A stretch of DNA of 63,953 nucleotides, the filler included, from Folioceros fuciformis (taxonomy: Eukaryota): the NCBI GenBank assembly GCA_049999805.1. It is 11 parts of 11 records of this genome, joined end to end, with 100 filler letters (N's around TTAATTAATTAA, not from the genome) between each part and the next. Parts side by side here need not be neighbours in the genome. Positions count along the whole stretch, not along the records: positions 54,513 to 62,145 come from JBNGIO010001858.1; positions 62,246 to 63,953 come from JBNGIO010001860.1; 9 more parts are not named here. The stretch is one strand, 5' to 3'. Both the position numbers and the translations under genes were made by a program. The notes beneath the pieces are model-generated. The model saw nothing but the letters and a program-made list of their open reading frames with translations, did no database searches and was not told the DNA's origin. Below are positions 61,494-63,953 of this stretch, piece after piece (positions within the stretch are counted from its first letter, which is position 1; every line of letters starts with the position of its first letter).

Positions 61494-62039
61494 ATGGAAG
61501 CGGGCGCCGGGGAGGATGCTCTGAAGGAGCTCGAGAGGAAGGTGTATAATCTCATTGACAAGCAGCTGAGCAAGGCTGCTGATTCCGACGTGGTTCCTAC
61601 AGCTGCCGCTGCCAACGGTGGCGGTGGGGGTCGGGAAGCTTCCGAGGACGGGGGTTCTGGCTCGGACGAGGAAGCGGAGCGGCTCATCGACGCGCATGTA
61701 CGCAGGGCTATCGACAGCCAGGTGCACCGGGAGATAGAGCGTCAGCTGGACAATCAGATATTCCGGCAGCTGTTCCGGGAGAATGAGAAGGAGCTGGCCC
61801 GGCAGGCGGATGCGGCGTGGAACCGGGAGGTGTTCAAGGAGCTGCAGCGGAGCTTGGACAGGGACATCATGAAGGAGATGGAGAGGCAAGCGGACGCAGA
61901 GTTTGATCGGGAGCTGGAGAAGCATATGAGGCGGGAGATGAAGGCCAGGGAGCGGAAGGGTAGATTTGAGCCGGAAGCTGCGAGGAGGAACTTGGATGAC
62001 CCGATGCGGCCCTTTAGTTTGACGGATGGGAGGTGCTAG
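61494..62039 (+). CDS. Unknown E/R/D-rich helical protein with ~12-aa internal periodicity
   Basis: Intact ORF with strongly GC3-biased codons (gag/cgg/cag/ctg) and repeats ERQLDNQIFRQL / ARQADAAWNREV / ERQADAEFDREL. Confidence 0.6.
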   Translation: MEAGAGEDALKELERKVYNLIDKQLSKAADSDVVPTAAAANGGGGGREASEDGGSGSDEEAERLIDAHVRRAIDSQVHREIERQLDNQIFRQLFRENEKELARQADAAWNREVFKELQRSLDRDIMKEMERQADAEFDRELEKHMRREMKARERKGRFEPEAARRNLDDPMRPFSLTDGRC

Positions 62040-62245
62040 GACGCCGGGGTGTTGCAATGGCGGCCTGTTGTGTCGTTGTTGCTTCGTCGTGTTTGGCAGT
62101 TCCGAGGATTGGCCGTCGGGTGAGGTCTGCGGTTGTAGGTAGGGTNNNNNNNNNNNNNNNNNNNNNNNNNNNNNNNNNNNNNNNNNNNNTTAATTAATTA
62201 ANNNNNNNNNNNNNNNNNNNNNNNNNNNNNNNNNNNNNNNNNNNN

Positions 62246-63035
62246 CGGGGTAGCAGCGGGGGTGGTAGATCTAGCAATGGGACTACGGATTGGGGAGGAA
62301 ATCAGGACAGGGCAGGAGGGGAACGGGGCAAGAAATCTGTGGGAAGAAGAAGAAGGCAGGCCTGGTCCTGCATTGGCCGAATCCTCCAACTCGCCTCAAC
62401 CTCCTCTTGTGCACACATTTAGTCCCATCACCGGCGATCCCTCCTCCTACTTGCAATGTGAATCCAAACAAGCAGGACAAAGAGATGGAGAAGGAAGGGG
62501 AAGAAGAAGAAGAGGGGGCAAGAGGAAAATGAAGGAGGAAGGGAGAAAGGGAGGGAGGAATAGGAACGGCCGCAGCCCCTGCCCTAGCTAGGGCACAGCC
62601 TCCATGGCCGTTTAGGCCAGCTAGACTTGATATAGACTTTGACCCCCTGACATACCCCAGATTCCCATTGCTAGGTTCAAACCATTATTTTATTTATTAT
62701 ATTATTATTATATTATTATTTAATCATTTAATTACTATATATTTTTAATTAATAATAAACCAAATCACTAAACCTAGACTCAAACTTTCCCGACCCTATG
62801 ATCTGGTACCGGACCTAAACTTTCCCAGGTTTGGGAACAAACCTATACCCACTCTTATAACCAAACCAACTATTTCCTGGTCAATTAACCTAATTAGCAC
62901 AAACAAAAATAGGAAAAATGACCAAAAAATAAAGGAAAATTAGGGAAAAGAAGTAGAAAAAGAAAACCAAACCATACCACTATTAACCCTTTTTCAGCCA
63001 AAACAAACCACTACCCCAAACTTTGGAGGTTCACA
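62246..63035 (-). mobile_element. LTR of the same Athila/Tat-like family as 11225-11488
   Basis: Reverse complement from 63035 reads TGTGAACCTCCAAAGTTTGGGGTAGTGGTTTGTTTTGG..., colinear with 11225 onward for ~250 bp. Confidence 0.88.
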
Positions 63036-63953
63036 CAAGCCCAAGCAACTCCCAACACCTTGGGGCATGGCTTGCAAAACCGCAGCAATCAGGTGCTAGT
63101 GCCAAGGTGCTAGAACTCTCGACGAGTTCTAATTAGGTCCTGGCCAGGAAGAACCAAAAGGATGCAGGGGCGAGGAAGGCCAGGAAACTAGGTGAATCTC
63201 TGTTGCGTAAGTCACAGGACAGATCCACCTTTAGTTTGTAAGGACCCTGTTGCCGGTTTTTCTCCTTGCCAAGAGGACGTGACTAGAGTGATGGTTAGCT
63301 GCCTATCGGGATGGCCAACGGAGCATGCGCATTTGGATGGGACGAGCTCAAAGGCTGGAGAAGGAGATTTGGGTCACCACCTCTCCGGTGGGGCATCTGA
63401 CATGCTGCTGGCTAGAACACTTGGAGGCGCTGCTCACTCTCCTTCAGGGAGGGGAGGCCACGAGGATGGTAACAACGGGGAGGTTCTCGAGTTTGGGGCT
63501 AACAAATGGTGTGATCCGCAATGGGGTGGAGTGGCAGATGATGAAGAACAGCTCTTGAATCGGCCCCAGTCCCTGATCTTGATGCAAAAGGGACCCCAGA
63601 GGCCGGCGGAGGGTGGAATGAGTTTGGGCAGCGAAAGTGCGGTGCTACTCAGCGAGTTCGGCTGGCCTATGCAATTCTCGGGTGTGGTAGGAAGCTTGGA
63701 TCAGCAAGAACAGGTGAAGCTCCTCTTGAAGTCAAGAATTCTCGTTGAACTCGAACGAAGGAGGTTGGCTGGTGCTAGCGTGGTGTAGGATGAAACCAAT
63801 TCTCGGCAGTGTCCCGGTAGCGACTTAGGAGAGAGGTTGAAGGGAAGGCAGAGGGTTTCTAGTTCAGGCGGTGGGCCAACAGGGTTGCTTATGCCCCCCC
63901 TCCCCCTTCGCATTGGAGGAGACTAACCCAGGCAATCGCCAGCAGCTCAGGTC

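Noticed and set aside
11489-62245. Ten identical TTAATTAATTAA palindromes flanked by N runs
   Set aside because: Concatenation linker with six-frame stops. ORFs ending in X-runs or 'LIN' are artefacts of it.
63192-63788. 198-aa ORF beside the LTR
   Set aside because: GTG start and no motifs. Probably decayed repeat sequence, which I cannot classify.

Overview
This is not one continuous locus. It is 11 unrelated eukaryotic contigs joined by artificial 100-nt spacers (44 N + TTAATTAATTAA + 44 N). The DNA comes from a land plant, most likely a hornwort or another bryophyte: it has spliceosomal introns, a plant U2 snRNA gene with USE+TATA promoter, and a PLS-class PPR editing factor with a 'PGxSWWTD' box. 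Host genes: a CYP71-clan P450 3' end, a GT17 (GnTIII-like) glycosyltransferase, the PPR-E+ protein, a MET1 fragment, two F-box/kelch genes, CYP97A (LUT5-type), a DUF616/MUCI70-like gene, a divergent SDH5-like gene, an LRR pseudogene and an orphan coiled-coil ORF. About half the window is nested, decayed transposons (Copia, Gypsy, CRE-like LINE, PIF/Harbinger). The most notable items are: (1) a decayed Gypsy-type retroelement encoding its own C5 cytosine methyltransferase after gag and protease (40.0-42.7 kb), mostly missed by the ORF track; (2) a Gypsy integrase ending in a PHD finger; (3) a 4.2-kb solo-LTR-like insertion with an exact 5-bp TSD that carries an ~840-codon ORF, with a second homologue elsewhere in the window; (4) a CA-GC-TG LTR-LTR junction. 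All homology calls are by eye from motifs; no database search was run.
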